A stretch of 64,000 nucleotides of DNA from NCBI GenBank assembly GCA_934309345.1, contig CAKRDD010000018.1, positions 5,832-69,831 on the forward strand, given 5' to 3'. The notes under the pieces are model-generated. The model ran no database searches and was not told the DNA's origin. It saw only the letters and a list, made by a program, of their open reading frames with translations. The translations under genes were made by a program, and so were the position numbers. Positions 26,631 to 37,616 of this stretch are shown piece after piece. Each line of letters opens with the position of its first letter. The first letter of the stretch is position 1. The stretch comes from an uncultured Mediterraneibacter sp. (GTDB taxonomy: Bacteria > Bacillota > Clostridia > Lachnospirales > Lachnospiraceae).

Positions 26631-27818
26631 CTATCTATACTCTTTCGCAAGCTCCGCAAATTTTGGAAGTGCATTTACAATTGTTTCATATGCTACACAG
26701 TACGCCATTCTGACATATCCCGGACATCCGAAAGAACTTCCCGGAACAATCAGGATATTGTATTTCTTCGCGGTATTACAAAATTCCTTTTCATCTGCAA
26801 CCGGTGATTTCACAAAGAGATAAAATGCTCCTTCCGGTTTGATGCACTCGAATCCAAGTTCTTTCAATCCATTATAAAGCGTCTCTCTGTTTCTGTCATA
26901 ATATGAAATATCTGTCTTCTCATTCAGACATGCCTTCACCACTTTCTGCTGCAATGTCGGTGCATTGACAAATCCAAGGATCCTTGTCGCAACATTTGCC
27001 GCTGCATTCAGTTTCTCGCTGTCTGCAACTTCATCCGGAATCACAAGATAACCGATACGTTCTCCCGGAAGAGAAAGTGATTTACTGAAAGAATATCCTA
27101 CAACTGTATTTGCGTAATACTTTGTAAGATAAGGAACTTCCACTCCGTCATAAGCAAGTTCTCTATACGGTTCATCTGAGATCAGATAAATCTCTGTTCC
27201 AAATTCTTTCTGTTTCTTCTCAAGAATCGCTGCCAGCTTCTGGATCGTCTCTTCGGAATAAACAACACCTGTTGGATTATTCGGCGTATTAACGATGACT
27301 GCCTTTGTCTTTGGCGACAGCTTTTCCTCAAACTCATCAAGCTTTGGCTGGAATGTCTCTGTATCCGGAGATATCTCCACAATTACACCGTCATAATTAT
27401 CCGTGTAGCTTCTGTATTCTCCAAAATAAGGAGCAAACACAACAACTTCATCACCTGGATTCAGCAGTGATTTCAGAATTACATTGAGACCTCCTGCTGC
27501 TCCGACGGTCATCGTAATATTGCGGGAAGCAAAGTTTGTTCCAAAGCGCTCATTTAAGGAATCAGCAACTGCCTGTCTCACATCTTCATAACCTGCATTG
27601 CTGTTCGTATAGCCATGAAGTACGATCGGATCTTCTTCGGAAAGGATCTCGATCATTGCCTTCTTTACCGCTTCCGGTGCCGGAACATTCGGATTTCCAA
27701 GGCTGAAGTCAAATACATTCTCTGCCCCGTATTTTGCTGCAAGACGGTTGCCCTCTTCAAACATCGCACGGATTGCAGAACTGTTCGCTACCATGTTTTC
27801 CATTTTCTTTGAAATCAT
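26631..27818 (-). CDS. Class I/II pyridoxal-phosphate-dependent aminotransferase (aspartate/alanine aminotransferase-like)
   Basis: NTPNNPTG and SFSKSLSLPGERIGY (PLP lysine). Confidence 0.9.
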   Translation of the reverse strand: MISKKMENMVANSSAIRAMFEEGNRLAAKYGAENVFDFSLGNPNVPAPEAVKKAMIEILSEEDPIVLHGYTNSNAGYEDVRQAVADSLNERFGTNFASRNITMTVGAAGGLNVILKSLLNPGDEVVVFAPYFGEYRSYTDNYDGVIVEISPDTETFQPKLDEFEEKLSPKTKAVIVNTPNNPTGVVYSEETIQKLAAILEKKQKEFGTEIYLISDEPYRELAYDGVEVPYLTKYYANTVVGYSFSKSLSLPGERIGYLVIPDEVADSEKLNAAANVATRILGFVNAPTLQQKVVKACLNEKTDISYYDRNRETLYNGLKELGFECIKPEGAFYLFVKSPVADEKEFCNTAKKYNILIVPGSSFGCPGYVRMAYCVAYETIVNALPKFAELAKEYR

Positions 27819-28720
27819 TGCTGTCCTCCTATTCTTGTCACAAACCCTTTCTCTTCCAAAAAAGCCGGACGATAAGATAATTTTGCCTTACGAAGTCCTT
27901 CTTCTCCGGCATCATCTTCTCTGTTCACATAAGTGTAATCCATACATTCATGTTCAACAAACTGCTGATTGATCATCGGGTATGCTCCCTGTACATCTGC
28001 AAATGCTTTCTCAATATGAACAACAAATGTATCCTTGCACAGTTCTTCCCCTACTGTAAAAGCAACAATTTTTTCGCCATTTCTCAACACTCCGCCTTTA
28101 AAACCGAGTTCTTTATATAAACGGAGGGAATTCAACGAAACGCACATCTCTGCGTTCTTCTCAGGATCATCATTACATCCATTTGAATTTCTCCACTTCA
28201 GAGCCATCTGAAAGCACGCTTCTACATTCTCATCACTGAGTGATTCGTAAGACCAGTCCGGATAAAGCTGCTTAAACTTGTTAATATGGTTTCGCTTTCC
28301 GTGAAGCTTCTTTCCTGCAAGTGTTGCAAGCTTCTCTGTCTCATAGATATAATCTGCCTGATCTCTGTCATATTCAATCTGGAATTGTCCCGGATACCAT
28401 TCTTCCATCTGTTCAAAATTCTCCGGTGTCACACAGTAAAGACCGAACTCACAGCCTTCATCCTCACAGATCTTCATCAGTTCTTCCAATGCAGCTTTGA
28501 CAGCTTCCGGCTTTCCTACCGGGTAAGCATAAGTATGTCCATCTCCTTCATCACGAAATACAAGTGCATCATGAAGGATTGCGTATTTCACTTTATACTG
28601 TCTGGACCAGAGATATACATTCGCAAATGTTCTCTCACAGCTTCTGCTCGGAGCCTGTGCAAAATAATAGTCAATCAGTTCTTTGTCTTCCAGTTCCGGT
28701 CGTTTGAATTCCGGTATCAT
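27815..28720 (-). CDS. DUF2156-family protein (homolog of the C-terminal domain of lysyl-phosphatidylglycerol synthase, GNAT-like fold)
   Basis: SCERTFANVYLWSRQYKVKYA and GKKLHGKRNHINKF are typical of DUF2156. The start is set at MIPEFK (28720, RBS ggaggag). Confidence 0.7.
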   Translation of the reverse strand: MIPEFKRPELEDKELIDYYFAQAPSRSCERTFANVYLWSRQYKVKYAILHDALVFRDEGDGHTYAYPVGKPEAVKAALEELMKICEDEGCEFGLYCVTPENFEQMEEWYPGQFQIEYDRDQADYIYETEKLATLAGKKLHGKRNHINKFKQLYPDWSYESLSDENVEACFQMALKWRNSNGCNDDPEKNAEMCVSLNSLRLYKELGFKGGVLRNGEKIVAFTVGEELCKDTFVVHIEKAFADVQGAYPMINQQFVEHECMDYTYVNREDDAGEEGLRKAKLSYRPAFLEEKGFVTRIGGQQ

Positions 28721-28727
28721 CCTTGTA

Positions 28728-29798
28728 CTACTCCTCCATCTTTGCAAGCTTCGCTGTCTGATCCGCTGCGATCAGGCTGTCGATCACTTCATCCAGATCA
28801 CCATTCAGAATGCTATCCAGTTTATGAAGTGTCAGCTTGATTCTATGATCTGTTACTCTTCCCTGTGGGAAATTATAAGTTCTGATCTTCTCAGAACGAT
28901 CTCCTGTACCAATCTGACTTCTTCTCTCTGCTGCCTCGGAAGCCTGTTTCTTCTCAAGCTCCAGGTCATACAATTTGGAACGAAGCAGTCGGAATGCTTT
29001 CTCTTTATTCTGCAGCTGTGATTTCTCTGTCTGGCTGTAGATCACGATTCCTGTCGGGTAATGAGTCAGTCGTACGGCAGAGTCTGTTGTGTTGACACAC
29101 TGTCCACCGTTTCCTGATGCACGCATTACGTCGATACGGATATCCTTCTCATCGATCACAACATCGACTTCTTCCGCCTCCGGCATCACAGCTACTGTGA
29201 TTGTTGAAGTATGAATTCTTCCGCCACTCTCTGTCTCCGGCACACGCTGTACACGATGTACACCACTTTCATACTTCATACGGGAATATGCTCCCTGTCC
29301 TGTGATCATAAATACACACTCTTTAAATCCGCCGATTCCATTCTCATTCAGAGAGATCATCTCTGTCTTCCATCTGCGGCTGTCTGCATAATGCACATAC
29401 ATACGATAAACTTCTGCCGCAAAAAGTGCAGCCTCATCTCCACCTGCACCGGCACGGATCTCAACGATAACATTCTTATCATCATTCGGGTCCTTCGGAA
29501 GAAGAAGAATCTTAAGTTCCTGCTCCAATTCTTCAATTCTGGCTTTTGATTCATTCAGCTCTTCTTTTGCAAGCTCGCGCATCTCTTCATCTGATTCCTC
29601 TTCCAGGATCATCAGACTCTCTTCTACGTTCTGCTTGCAGTTCTTATATTCCTGATAAGCCTCCACGATCGGTGCAAGATCACTCTGCTCTTTCATCAGC
29701 TTACGGAAACGCTCCGGATCATTCGCCACATCCGGCTCCTGAAGCTCACCCATTACTTCCTGGTAACGAATTACCAAATCCTCTAATCTGTCAAACAT
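28728..29798 (-). CDS. prfA: Peptide chain release factor 1
   Basis: [14 protein letters not shown] contains the PxT tripeptide for RF1. [11 protein letters not shown] contains the GGQ motif. Confidence 0.97.
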   Translation of the reverse strand: MFDRLEDLVIRYQEVMGELQEPDVANDPERFRKLMKEQSDLAPIVEAYQEYKNCKQNVEESLMILEEESDEEMRELAKEELNESKARIEELEQELKILLLPKDPNDDKNVIVEIRAGAGGDEAALFAAEVYRMYVHYADSRRWKTEMISLNENGIGGFKECVFMITGQGAYSRMKYESGVHRVQRVPETESGGRIHTSTITVAVMPEAEEVDVVIDEKDIRIDVMRASGNGGQCVNTTDSAVRLTHYPTGIVIYSQTEKSQLQNKEKAFRLLRSKLYDLELEKKQASEAAERRSQIGTGDRSEKIRTYNFPQGRVTDHRIKLTLHKLDSILNGDLDEVIDSLIAADQTAKLAKMEE

Positions 29799-29839
29799 AG
29801 TTCTATATCCTCTTCTATTTTTTAATCTTCTTTATCTTT

Positions 29840-30781
29840 TTAATAGTACACGCCACAGACGATGCGGTCAAGTCCTGCCAGGTCCTTTTTTACGAACACC
29901 TTGTCATATCCTGCTTCTTTCATAAGATCTGAAACAGCTTTTCCCTGATCGTATCCTATCTCAAAAGCAAGGACACCGTTCTCTTTCAAAAATCGCTTCG
30001 CGTCTGCTATAATCTTCTTATAAAAATACAATCCGTCTTCTTTCCCATCCAATGCACTGAATGGATCATGAAGTTTTACTTCGTCCTGAAGCTTCTCAAT
30101 CTCTGACGTTCTGATATAAGGCGGATTCGACAAAATCATGTCATAGATCCCACTGACATTTTCAAAAAGATCACTCAAAATCCAGCTGATTTTTCCTTTT
30201 CCGTCATTTTGACCGTTTCTTAAATGCTCTTCATTTTTCTTTGCGACTGCAAGTGCCTCTTCTGAAAAATCAACGCCTGTTCCTTTTATGGAAATCCCTC
30301 TCTGCTCTGCATAGTGCATCACACTCAGCAGGATACATCCAGATCCGGTACACATATCAAGAAGCTGAAAACTACTATCACCGACTGACTGGTCTTTGCT
30401 TATCATGTGAAGTGCTTCTTCTACAAGAACTTCTGTATCTTGTCTTGGAATAAGTACGTATTCGTTCACAAGGAATTCAAGTCCCATGAATTCCTGGGTT
30501 CCTGTGATATGCTGCAGCGGAATATGATTTTTTCTCTTCTCCAGACATTCTTTATATTTCCTGCCGGCATCTTCGCTCATTCTCTGATCCGGATCCATAT
30601 AATAACGGGCTTTTGTGATCCCCGTTACATACTCTAACAAATACCATGCATCGAGATCCGCTTCGTCAATCCCTGCTCCTGCAAGAATCTCTTTCCCCTC
30701 TATATAAGCCTTCTTCAGGCTCATGATAGAATCGTCTTCTATTTTGTTCCCTGTCATCTTCCCTGATTCCATTCTTATCAC
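29840..30781 (-). CDS. prmC: Release-factor glutamine N5-methyltransferase
   Basis: SAM-binding motif LLDMCTGSGCI and catalytic motif LSNPPYI. The true start is uncertain: the ORF-track start is GTG, and internal ATGs occur at 30772, 30757 and 30724. Confidence 0.88.
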   Translation of the reverse strand: MIRMESGKMTGNKIEDDSIMSLKKAYIEGKEILAGAGIDEADLDAWYLLEYVTGITKARYYMDPDQRMSEDAGRKYKECLEKRKNHIPLQHITGTQEFMGLEFLVNEYVLIPRQDTEVLVEEALHMISKDQSVGDSSFQLLDMCTGSGCILLSVMHYAEQRGISIKGTGVDFSEEALAVAKKNEEHLRNGQNDGKGKISWILSDLFENVSGIYDMILSNPPYIRTSEIEKLQDEVKLHDPFSALDGKEDGLYFYKKIIADAKRFLKENGVLAFEIGYDQGKAVSDLMKEAGYDKVFVKKDLAGLDRIVCGVYY

Positions 30782-31695
30782 TTCAGATTCTCCTTCTGCC
30801 AGCTTCTCCAGTCAAATACAGCTTCTACTGCTTTGATTCCAACTTCGATCATACTGTCATCAGGCTCCTTCGTTGTCAGATTCTGAACCCAGAGTCCCGG
30901 TTTACTGAGTACATTGATCACCGGATGATCACTGTTTCCGGCCAGACGTATCAATTCGTAAGAGATTCCTGCAATCAACGGAAGCAGGGCGATCCGGAGA
31001 AGCACTCTCACAATCTGTGACTTTGCCGTAATAAAAAAGCAGACAATAATACTTACGATCATGACAAAGAAAAGAAAGCTTGTTCCGCATCTCTTATGCT
31101 GTTTGGAACTTTTCCGGACATTTTCTACATTTAATTCCAGTCCATGTTCGATGCAATTAATACATTTATGCTCTGCCCCGTGATACATAAATGTTCTCTT
31201 AATATCCTTTGTTCTGGAAATCAGAACAATATAGATCAGGAAAACAGCAACGCGGATCACACCTTCTAAAACGGTCATCACAAGATGTGAAGATGTGTGC
31301 TTTTCTACAATACTACTCAGATAATATGGAAGAACCATAAAAATACCAACCGCAATCAAGACAGAAACCACAACCGTCAGATTCATGATCAGTTTTTCCT
31401 TCTTCTCCTGCTTTCTCGCCTCATCTTCTGTAAGGATCTCCTCTTCCTCGTCCTCAAAAAAACTTGCAGAATAAGTCAGGGTCTTCATCCCAAGCACAAG
31501 AGAATCCACAAAATTAAAAATCCCCCGGATGAAAGGAATCTTTTGCGGTGCCTTCCATGGGAGAACTCCTCTGTATTCCTGAATATCTACTTCAATCTCT
31601 CCATCTGGTTTCCGGACGGCAACGGAATACGTTTCCCGGTTCTTCATCATAATGCCTTCCAGCACTGCCTGGCCGCCTATATTCGATGATTTCAT
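30778..31695 (-). CDS. DUF1385-family membrane protein (conserved neighbour of prmC/prfA)
   Basis: MKSSNIGGQAVLEGIMMKN and YHGAEHKCINC are family hallmarks. Confidence 0.85.
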   Translation of the reverse strand: MKSSNIGGQAVLEGIMMKNRETYSVAVRKPDGEIEVDIQEYRGVLPWKAPQKIPFIRGIFNFVDSLVLGMKTLTYSASFFEDEEEEILTEDEARKQEKKEKLIMNLTVVVSVLIAVGIFMVLPYYLSSIVEKHTSSHLVMTVLEGVIRVAVFLIYIVLISRTKDIKRTFMYHGAEHKCINCIEHGLELNVENVRKSSKQHKRCGTSFLFFVMIVSIIVCFFITAKSQIVRVLLRIALLPLIAGISYELIRLAGNSDHPVINVLSKPGLWVQNLTTKEPDDSMIEVGIKAVEAVFDWRSWQKENLK

Positions 31696-31706
31696 ATATT
31701 TCTCCT

Positions 31707-31743
31707 AAACACAAAGAGGACTGAGATTTCCACCTCAGCCCTC
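31707..31743 (-). terminator. Intrinsic terminator after rpmE
   Basis: The minus strand reads gagggctgag gtggaaat ctcagtcctc tttgtgttt (10-bp stem with one G-U pair, then a T-rich tail). Confidence 0.6.
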
Positions 31744-31758
31744 ATCACTTCGTATTTC

Positions 31759-31959
31759 TTATTTAATACCGTATTTCTTATTGAACTTATCAACACGGCC
31801 ACGAGCCTGTGTTGCTTTCTGCTGACCTGTGTAGAATGGATGACACTTGGAGCAGATTTCTACGTGGATGTTCTCCTTTGTAGATCCTGTAACAAATGTG
31901 TTTCCACAGTTGCATGTTACAGTTGCCTGATAATAATTAGGATGGATACCTTCGCGCAT
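31759..31959 (-). CDS. rpmE: 50S ribosomal protein L31
   Basis: [22 protein letters not shown]...[10 protein letters not shown]. The start is set at the ATG at 31959 (RBS agaggtg). The ORF-track start is an upstream GTG. Confidence 0.95.
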   Translation of the reverse strand: MREGIHPNYYQATVTCNCGNTFVTGSTKENIHVEICSKCHPFYTGQQKATQARGRVDKFNKKYGIK

Positions 31960-32050
31960 GATTTTCACCTCTCTATTTTTAAATTACTTATTATTTTCTC
32001 TAAACAGCTTTTTAATTGTATCACACATTTTTTGATTATGCAACACTTTT

Positions 32051-33391
32051 TTAGATAAATTTCTGACGGATGATCTGCTGAACAAGCTCTTCGTTTGTTT
32101 TTGTACGGGAAAACATGTTCAAAAGGTTGTCCACTGCCTCTTCTGATTTCATGCCGTTCATTGCTTTTCTCATGATATAAACCGCATCCTGTTCTTCCTT
32201 TGTAAGAAGCAGATCTTCTCTTCTTGTTCCTGATTTCGGAATATCAATCGCCGGGAAAACTCTTTTCTCCTGAAGCTTTCTGTCAAGCATCAGTTCCATG
32301 TTACCTGTTCCCTTGAATTCTTCATAAACAACATCATCCATCTTGCTTCCTGTATCAACCAGTGCTGTTGCAAGAATCGTAAGGCTTCCACCTTCTCTCA
32401 TATTTCTTGCTGCTCCGAAGAAACGCTTTGGACTGTAAAGTGCTGCCGGATCAAGACCACCGGAAAGTGTTCTTCCTGATGGTGGAACGATCAGGTTATA
32501 TGCTCTTGAAAGTCTTGTAATGCTGTCAAGGAGAATCATAACGTCTTTTCCGTGCTCTACCAGACGTTTTGCCCTTGAGATAACCATTTCTGATACTCGC
32601 TTGTGATGCTCCGGAAGTTCATCAAATGTAGAATGGATCACTTCTACATTCGGACCTTCGATTGCTTCACGGATATCAGTTACTTCTTCCGGACGTTCAT
32701 CGATCAACAGAATCAGAAGATGCATATTCGGTTCTGTCTTCTGTACAGACAGTGCAACTTCTTTTAATAATGTAGTTTTTCCTGCCTTCGGTGGAGATAC
32801 GATCATACCTCTCTGTCCTTTTCCAATAGGAGAAACAAGATCCACGATACGCATAGCTGTTGTACAACCCGGATTCTCCAGACGAATTCTCTGATTCGGG
32901 AAAATCGGAGTCAAATCTTCAAAGTTCTTTCTCTTCATTGCCTCTGCCGGACGCAGTCCATTGATTGTAGACACATAAAGAAGTGCGCTGAACTTTTCTC
33001 CCTGCGTCTTAACTCTTGTATTTCCTGTCAGGATATCTCCTGTTTTAAGCCCGAATCTGCGAATCTGTGAAGGAGCAACATAGACATCTCCATCCCCCGG
33101 AAGATAATTATCAGAACGAATGAATCCATATCCATCCTGAAGTACCTCAAGGATTCCGTTTGCTGTAAAACCACTGTCCAGCTGTTCAATATCTGTCTCT
33201 TCTTTTTTCTCTTCTTTTACTTCTTCTCTCGCTTCTTCTGCTGCCTCTTTCTGCTCTTCCTGCTCATCCAGTTCAAGCATTGCATCGATCAGATCGCCTT
33301 TCTTTAATGTAGAAACACCTCTCATCTTTCTTGCTTTTGCAAGTTCTTTCAATGTTGCCAGCGGCAATGATTCATATTTTTCTCGTGTCAT
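32051..33391 (-). CDS. rho: Transcription termination factor Rho
   Basis: The Rho N-terminal domain [22 protein letters not shown] is followed by an acidic insert. Then come the RNA-binding OB region GFIR and Walker [17 protein letters not shown]. The start is set at MTREKYE (33391). Confidence 0.95.
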   Translation of the reverse strand: MTREKYESLPLATLKELAKARKMRGVSTLKKGDLIDAMLELDEQEEQKEAAEEAREEVKEEKKEETDIEQLDSGFTANGILEVLQDGYGFIRSDNYLPGDGDVYVAPSQIRRFGLKTGDILTGNTRVKTQGEKFSALLYVSTINGLRPAEAMKRKNFEDLTPIFPNQRIRLENPGCTTAMRIVDLVSPIGKGQRGMIVSPPKAGKTTLLKEVALSVQKTEPNMHLLILLIDERPEEVTDIREAIEGPNVEVIHSTFDELPEHHKRVSEMVISRAKRLVEHGKDVMILLDSITRLSRAYNLIVPPSGRTLSGGLDPAALYSPKRFFGAARNMREGGSLTILATALVDTGSKMDDVVYEEFKGTGNMELMLDRKLQEKRVFPAIDIPKSGTRREDLLLTKEEQDAVYIMRKAMNGMKSEEAVDNLLNMFSRTKTNEELVQQIIRQKFI

Positions 33392-33655
33392 ATTCTTTTC
33401 CTTTCTTTTCAGGTAAGTCTGTTTTTTCAATCCGCTTCACATGTGCCCTTTTCACATACCGGATTATTCATTCATACTTCGGGAATATAAGTCTGATTCG
33501 ACTTTAATGGAAATTTGCTTTAAATATGGTGTTATTATACAGTATATTTTTCTAAAAAGAAAGAACTTTTTGAACTTTTCTCTGTTTTCCTGTACTTGCG
33601 TGTTTCCTTTTTCAGTGGTATCATTAATTCAATCAAATCAGAGAGGTATAAAATC

Positions 33656-34804
33656 ATGACAAACAATGAAAAAGCTTTAAAAATGCATGAAGAATGGAAT
33701 GGTAAGATAGAGACAACTGCCAAAGCGCATGTCAACTCAAGAGAAGATCTTGCCATCGCTTATACTCCGGGTGTTGCTGAACCTTGTAAGGTGATTGCAC
33801 AGGATCCGGAAGCCGCATATAAATACACTATGAAAGCCAATACAGTTGCCGTTGTATCTGACGGAAGCGCTGTTCTTGGTCTTGGAAACATCGGTGCGCT
33901 TGCTGCTATGCCGGTTATGGAGGGAAAGGCAGTCCTGTTCAAGGAATTCGGTGGTGTCAACGCAGTTCCGATCTGTCTGGATACACAGGACACAGAAGAG
34001 ATCATTAAATCTGTAGTCAACATTGCACCGGCTTTCGGTGGAATCAATCTGGAAGATATTTCAGCTCCTCGTTGTTTTGAAATCGAAACACGTCTGAAAG
34101 AACTCCTGAACATTCCAGTTTTCCATGATGACCAGCACGGAACAGCTATCGTTGTCCTCGCCGGAATCATCAATGCCCTGAAAGTAACAGGAAAGAAGAA
34201 AGAAGATTGCCGTGTTGTAGTAAACGGAGCCGGATCTGCCGGAGTTGCTATCACAAAGCTGCTTCTCACTTATGGTTTCCCGCATATTACAATGTGTGAC
34301 ATCAACGGAATCATTTCCAAGAACTCTCCGAACCTGAACTGGATGCAGCAGCAGATGACTGAAGTTACAAATCTGGAAGGACGCACCGGAACACTTGCCG
34401 ATGCATTAAAAGGTGCTGATATTTTCGTTGGTGTTTCTGCTCCGAATATTGTTTCTAAAGAGATGGTTGCTTCTATGAATAAGGATGCAATTCTGTTCGC
34501 CATGGCGAACCCTGTACCGGAGATCATGCCTGACCTTGCAAAAGAAGCAGGTGCCAAAGTTGTCGGAACTGGACGCTCTGACTTCCCGAACCAGGTAAAC
34601 AATGTTGTTGCATTCCCTGGTATTTTCAAAGGTGCATTAGAAGGACGTGCCACACAGATTACAGAAGAAATGAAACTTGCCGCTGCCAATGCAATCGCAG
34701 GTCTTGTTCCGGATGAAGAATTGAATGAGAACAACATTCTTCCGGAAGCCTTTGATCCTCGTGTAGCAGACACAGTAAGCAAAGCAATCAAGGATTTAAT
34801 CTAA
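33656..34804 (+). CDS. NAD(P)-dependent malic enzyme (short form, malate oxidative decarboxylase)
   Basis: YTPGVAEPC, FHDDQHGTAIV, and NGAGSAGVA (Rossmann fold). The start is set at MTNNEKAL (33656). Confidence 0.93.
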   Translation: MTNNEKALKMHEEWNGKIETTAKAHVNSREDLAIAYTPGVAEPCKVIAQDPEAAYKYTMKANTVAVVSDGSAVLGLGNIGALAAMPVMEGKAVLFKEFGGVNAVPICLDTQDTEEIIKSVVNIAPAFGGINLEDISAPRCFEIETRLKELLNIPVFHDDQHGTAIVVLAGIINALKVTGKKKEDCRVVVNGAGSAGVAITKLLLTYGFPHITMCDINGIISKNSPNLNWMQQQMTEVTNLEGRTGTLADALKGADIFVGVSAPNIVSKEMVASMNKDAILFAMANPVPEIMPDLAKEAGAKVVGTGRSDFPNQVNNVVAFPGIFKGALEGRATQITEEMKLAAANAIAGLVPDEELNENNILPEAFDPRVADTVSKAIKDLI

Positions 34805-34805
34805 T

Positions 34806-35753
34806 ATGTGGGGAGAGAAGCGCTACCACTCTCTTGACTATGCATTGAAATCCCAGTTTGGAGAGAAAGTATATCGCATTGCATTGAACGGCGGTATGAC
34901 TTGCCCGAACCGTGATGGTAAGATTGGATATGGTGGCTGTATCTTCTGCAGTGGTATGGGTTCGGGAGATTTTGCAGGTTCTGCCTGCAAAACAATTACA
35001 GAACAGCTCGCAGAAGGGAAAGCCATTCTTGCCAGGAAACGTCCGGTGCATGCTTATATCGCATATTTCCAGGCCTTTACAAGCACATATGCTCCTATCG
35101 ATTATTTGCGGAAGATTTTTACAGAAGCAATACAAGACCCTGATGTGAAAGTACTTGCAATCGCAACCCGCCCTGACTGTTTAGATTCTGATGTCCTGGA
35201 ACTTTTGGATGAGTTGAACCGGATAAAACCTGTCTGGATTGAACTTGGCCTTCAGACCATCCATCCCGAATCTTCCAGATACATTCGCAGAGGCTATCCT
35301 TTAGAGGTATTTGATACTGCTGTGCATGAACTGAAGCGCCGGAATCTGACTGTAATCGTGCATGTCATTTTATTTCTGCCCGGAGAGACTCACGAAATGA
35401 TGCTTGAGACGATCGATTATCTGAATCATTCAAATATTGACGGAATCAAGTTACAGCTTCTCCACATTTTAAAAGGAACTGATCTTGCAGTTGAGTATCA
35501 GAAAAGTCTCTCAGATCCTGCTTATACCGGTCCTGCTTTCCATATCCCGGATGCGGACGAATACATCCGTCTGCTCACTGAATGTATCCAGCATTTGCGT
35601 CCGGGAATTGTTATTCACCGACTGACCGGTGACGGACCGAAGGATCTCTTGATCGCACCTCTGTGGACAGGTGCAAAACGAACTGTTTTAAATCAGATCC
35701 ACAAATATATGAAAGATCATGACTTGTACCAGGGAAAGGAGTATTATGGCTGA
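34806..35753 (+). CDS. Radical SAM protein, TIGR01212 family
   Basis: The N-terminal cluster region is GMTCPNRDGKIGYGGCIFCS. Length and downstream motifs are typical of the TIGR01212 family. Confidence 0.85.
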   Translation: MWGEKRYHSLDYALKSQFGEKVYRIALNGGMTCPNRDGKIGYGGCIFCSGMGSGDFAGSACKTITEQLAEGKAILARKRPVHAYIAYFQAFTSTYAPIDYLRKIFTEAIQDPDVKVLAIATRPDCLDSDVLELLDELNRIKPVWIELGLQTIHPESSRYIRRGYPLEVFDTAVHELKRRNLTVIVHVILFLPGETHEMMLETIDYLNHSNIDGIKLQLLHILKGTDLAVEYQKSLSDPAYTGPAFHIPDADEYIRLLTECIQHLRPGIVIHRLTGDGPKDLLIAPLWTGAKRTVLNQIHKYMKDHDLYQGKEYYG

Positions 35754-36258
35754 AACATTTACATTATATAAACTGATTGTGTTGTACATGTTGGATAGAG
35801 TCGATTTTCCGCTTACAACTTCCCAGATATCAGAATTCATTCTTGATAAAGGATATACAACTTATTTCCGTCTTCAGTCTGCTCTTGCAGAATTAACGGA
35901 TTCCGGACTTCTGAAAATTGAGCTGACACATAATCGTACGCTTTATAATCTCACAGAAGAAGGCGCTGCTACGATCAACTATTTCAGAAATAAAATTTCT
36001 CCTGAGATTCGTCAGGAAATTGATAATTTTATCAATGAGAAAAAATATGATCTGAAAGAAGAGGTTTCTGTTAAATCAGATTACTATCTGAATACAAACC
36101 ATGAATATGAAGTAAAATGCCAGATTTTAGAAAATGGCTCCCACCTCATCGATATGACACTCACTGTGCCAACTCAGACTGAGGCAGAAGCCATTGTAAA
36201 TAACTGGAATCGAAAGAATCAGGAGATTTACGCTTTACTGCTCTCGCAGCTTCTGTAA
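35746..36258 (+). CDS. DUF4364-family protein
   Basis: MAETFTLYKLIVLYMLDRVDFPLTTSQISEFIL. The ATG overlaps the upstream stop by 8 nt, and the RBS is aaaggag. Confidence 0.75.
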   Translation: MAETFTLYKLIVLYMLDRVDFPLTTSQISEFILDKGYTTYFRLQSALAELTDSGLLKIELTHNRTLYNLTEEGAATINYFRNKISPEIRQEIDNFINEKKYDLKEEVSVKSDYYLNTNHEYEVKCQILENGSHLIDMTLTVPTQTEAEAIVNNWNRKNQEIYALLLSQLL

Positions 36259-37551
36259 ACGCTCCTTGATCTGTTTTTCATAACCAAGGTCGCCGGGTTC
36301 ATAGAACCTGGCGTCTTTTATTTCATCCGGAAGATATTGCTGATCCACATAATGATTTGGATAATCATGGGCATATTTATACCCTGTTCCATGTCCTAAT
36401 TTCTGTGCACCTTTGTAATGTGCATCCTGAAGGTGTGTCGGAACCGTTGTTTTATTGTTCCGTACTGCATCATTCGCTGCAAATATTGCATTCACGGCAG
36501 AATTGCTCTTTGGTGCTGATGCCACATAAGTCACCGCCTGTGAAAGAATAATCTGTGATTCCGGCATTCCAATCCTTTCTACGGCCTGTGCAGCCGCAAC
36601 TGCAACAGTAAGCGCCATTGGATCTGCATTTCCAACATCTTCAGAGGCACAGATCATAATTCTTCTTGCTATGAACTTCACATCTTCTCCTGCATACAAC
36701 ATCTTTGCAAGATAAAAGACCGCTGCATCCGGATCCGAGCCACGCATGCTCTTAATAAATGCAGAGATGATATCGTAATGATTGTCTCCTTTTTTGTCAT
36801 AATTCACCACTCGCTTCTGGATGCATTCTGACGCAACATCCAGAGTAATATGAATTTGTCCATCTTCACTTCTGTCTGTTGTCAATACACCCAGTTCAAT
36901 CGCATTCAATGCGTTTCTTGCATCTCCGCCTGACACATCTGCCAGAAATTCAAGTGCATCATCTTCGATCACTGCATGAAAGCTTCCAAGACCTTTCTCC
37001 GTATCATTCACTGCGCGGAGAAGAAGCTCCTTGATGTCCTGCTTCTCCAGTGGACGCAATTCAAAAATACTTGACCTTGAAATCAAAGCTCCATTCACCT
37101 CGAAATAAGGATTCTCCGTTGTTGCACCAATCAGGATCAACGTTCCATCTTCCACAAACGGAAGCAGATAATCCTGCTGCCCTTTATTAAAGCGATGGAT
37201 CTCATCAATAAAAAGAATCGTCTTCTTTCCATACATTCCCTGCAGATCTTTTGCTTCTTTCACTACTTCTTCCATGTCTTTCTTTCCGGCAACTGTCGCA
37301 TTGATCTGCTTGAACTCCGCGCTGGTGGTATGTGCGATCACCTTTGCCAGTGTTGTCTTTCCTGTTCCCGGAGGTCCGTAAAAAATCAAAGAACTCAGCT
37401 TATCTGCCTTAATTGCCCGGTAAAGCAATTTATCTTTTCCAATAATATGCTTCTGTCCCACCACTTCATCCAGTGTCACCGGACGCATTCTGGATGCAAG
37501 CGGGGATTCCTTCTCTTTATTTGTCTCTCTCATATAATCAAATAAATCCAT
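36235..37551 (-). CDS. rarA: Replication-associated recombination protein A (AAA+ ATPase)
   Basis: GPPGTGKTTLA (Walker A), ILFIDEIHRFNK (Walker B), and a MgsA C-terminal domain. Its 3' end overlaps the convergent DUF4364 gene by 24 nt. Confidence 0.93.
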   Translation of the reverse strand: MDLFDYMRETNKEKESPLASRMRPVTLDEVVGQKHIIGKDKLLYRAIKADKLSSLIFYGPPGTGKTTLAKVIAHTTSAEFKQINATVAGKKDMEEVVKEAKDLQGMYGKKTILFIDEIHRFNKGQQDYLLPFVEDGTLILIGATTENPYFEVNGALISRSSIFELRPLEKQDIKELLLRAVNDTEKGLGSFHAVIEDDALEFLADVSGGDARNALNAIELGVLTTDRSEDGQIHITLDVASECIQKRVVNYDKKGDNHYDIISAFIKSMRGSDPDAAVFYLAKMLYAGEDVKFIARRIMICASEDVGNADPMALTVAVAAAQAVERIGMPESQIILSQAVTYVASAPKSNSAVNAIFAANDAVRNNKTTVPTHLQDAHYKGAQKLGHGTGYKYAHDYPNHYVDQQYLPDEIKDARFYEPGDLGYEKQIKERLQKLREQ

Positions 37552-37579
37552 ATTTCTCTCCTGTTTTTAATCTTATATT

Positions 37580-37616
37580 CACATTTTGTAACTGTTCAGA
37601 GCAGTTACCACATTTT
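37580..37616. repeat. 21-bp mini-palindrome gtaactgttcagagcagttac flanked by a perfect 8-bp direct repeat cacatttt
   Basis: Direct repeats at 37580-37587 and 37609-37616. The core at 37588-37608 shares its first 15 nt exactly with the TIR of the 5780-5920 element, and its last 6 nt match that element's other end. Confidence 0.6.
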
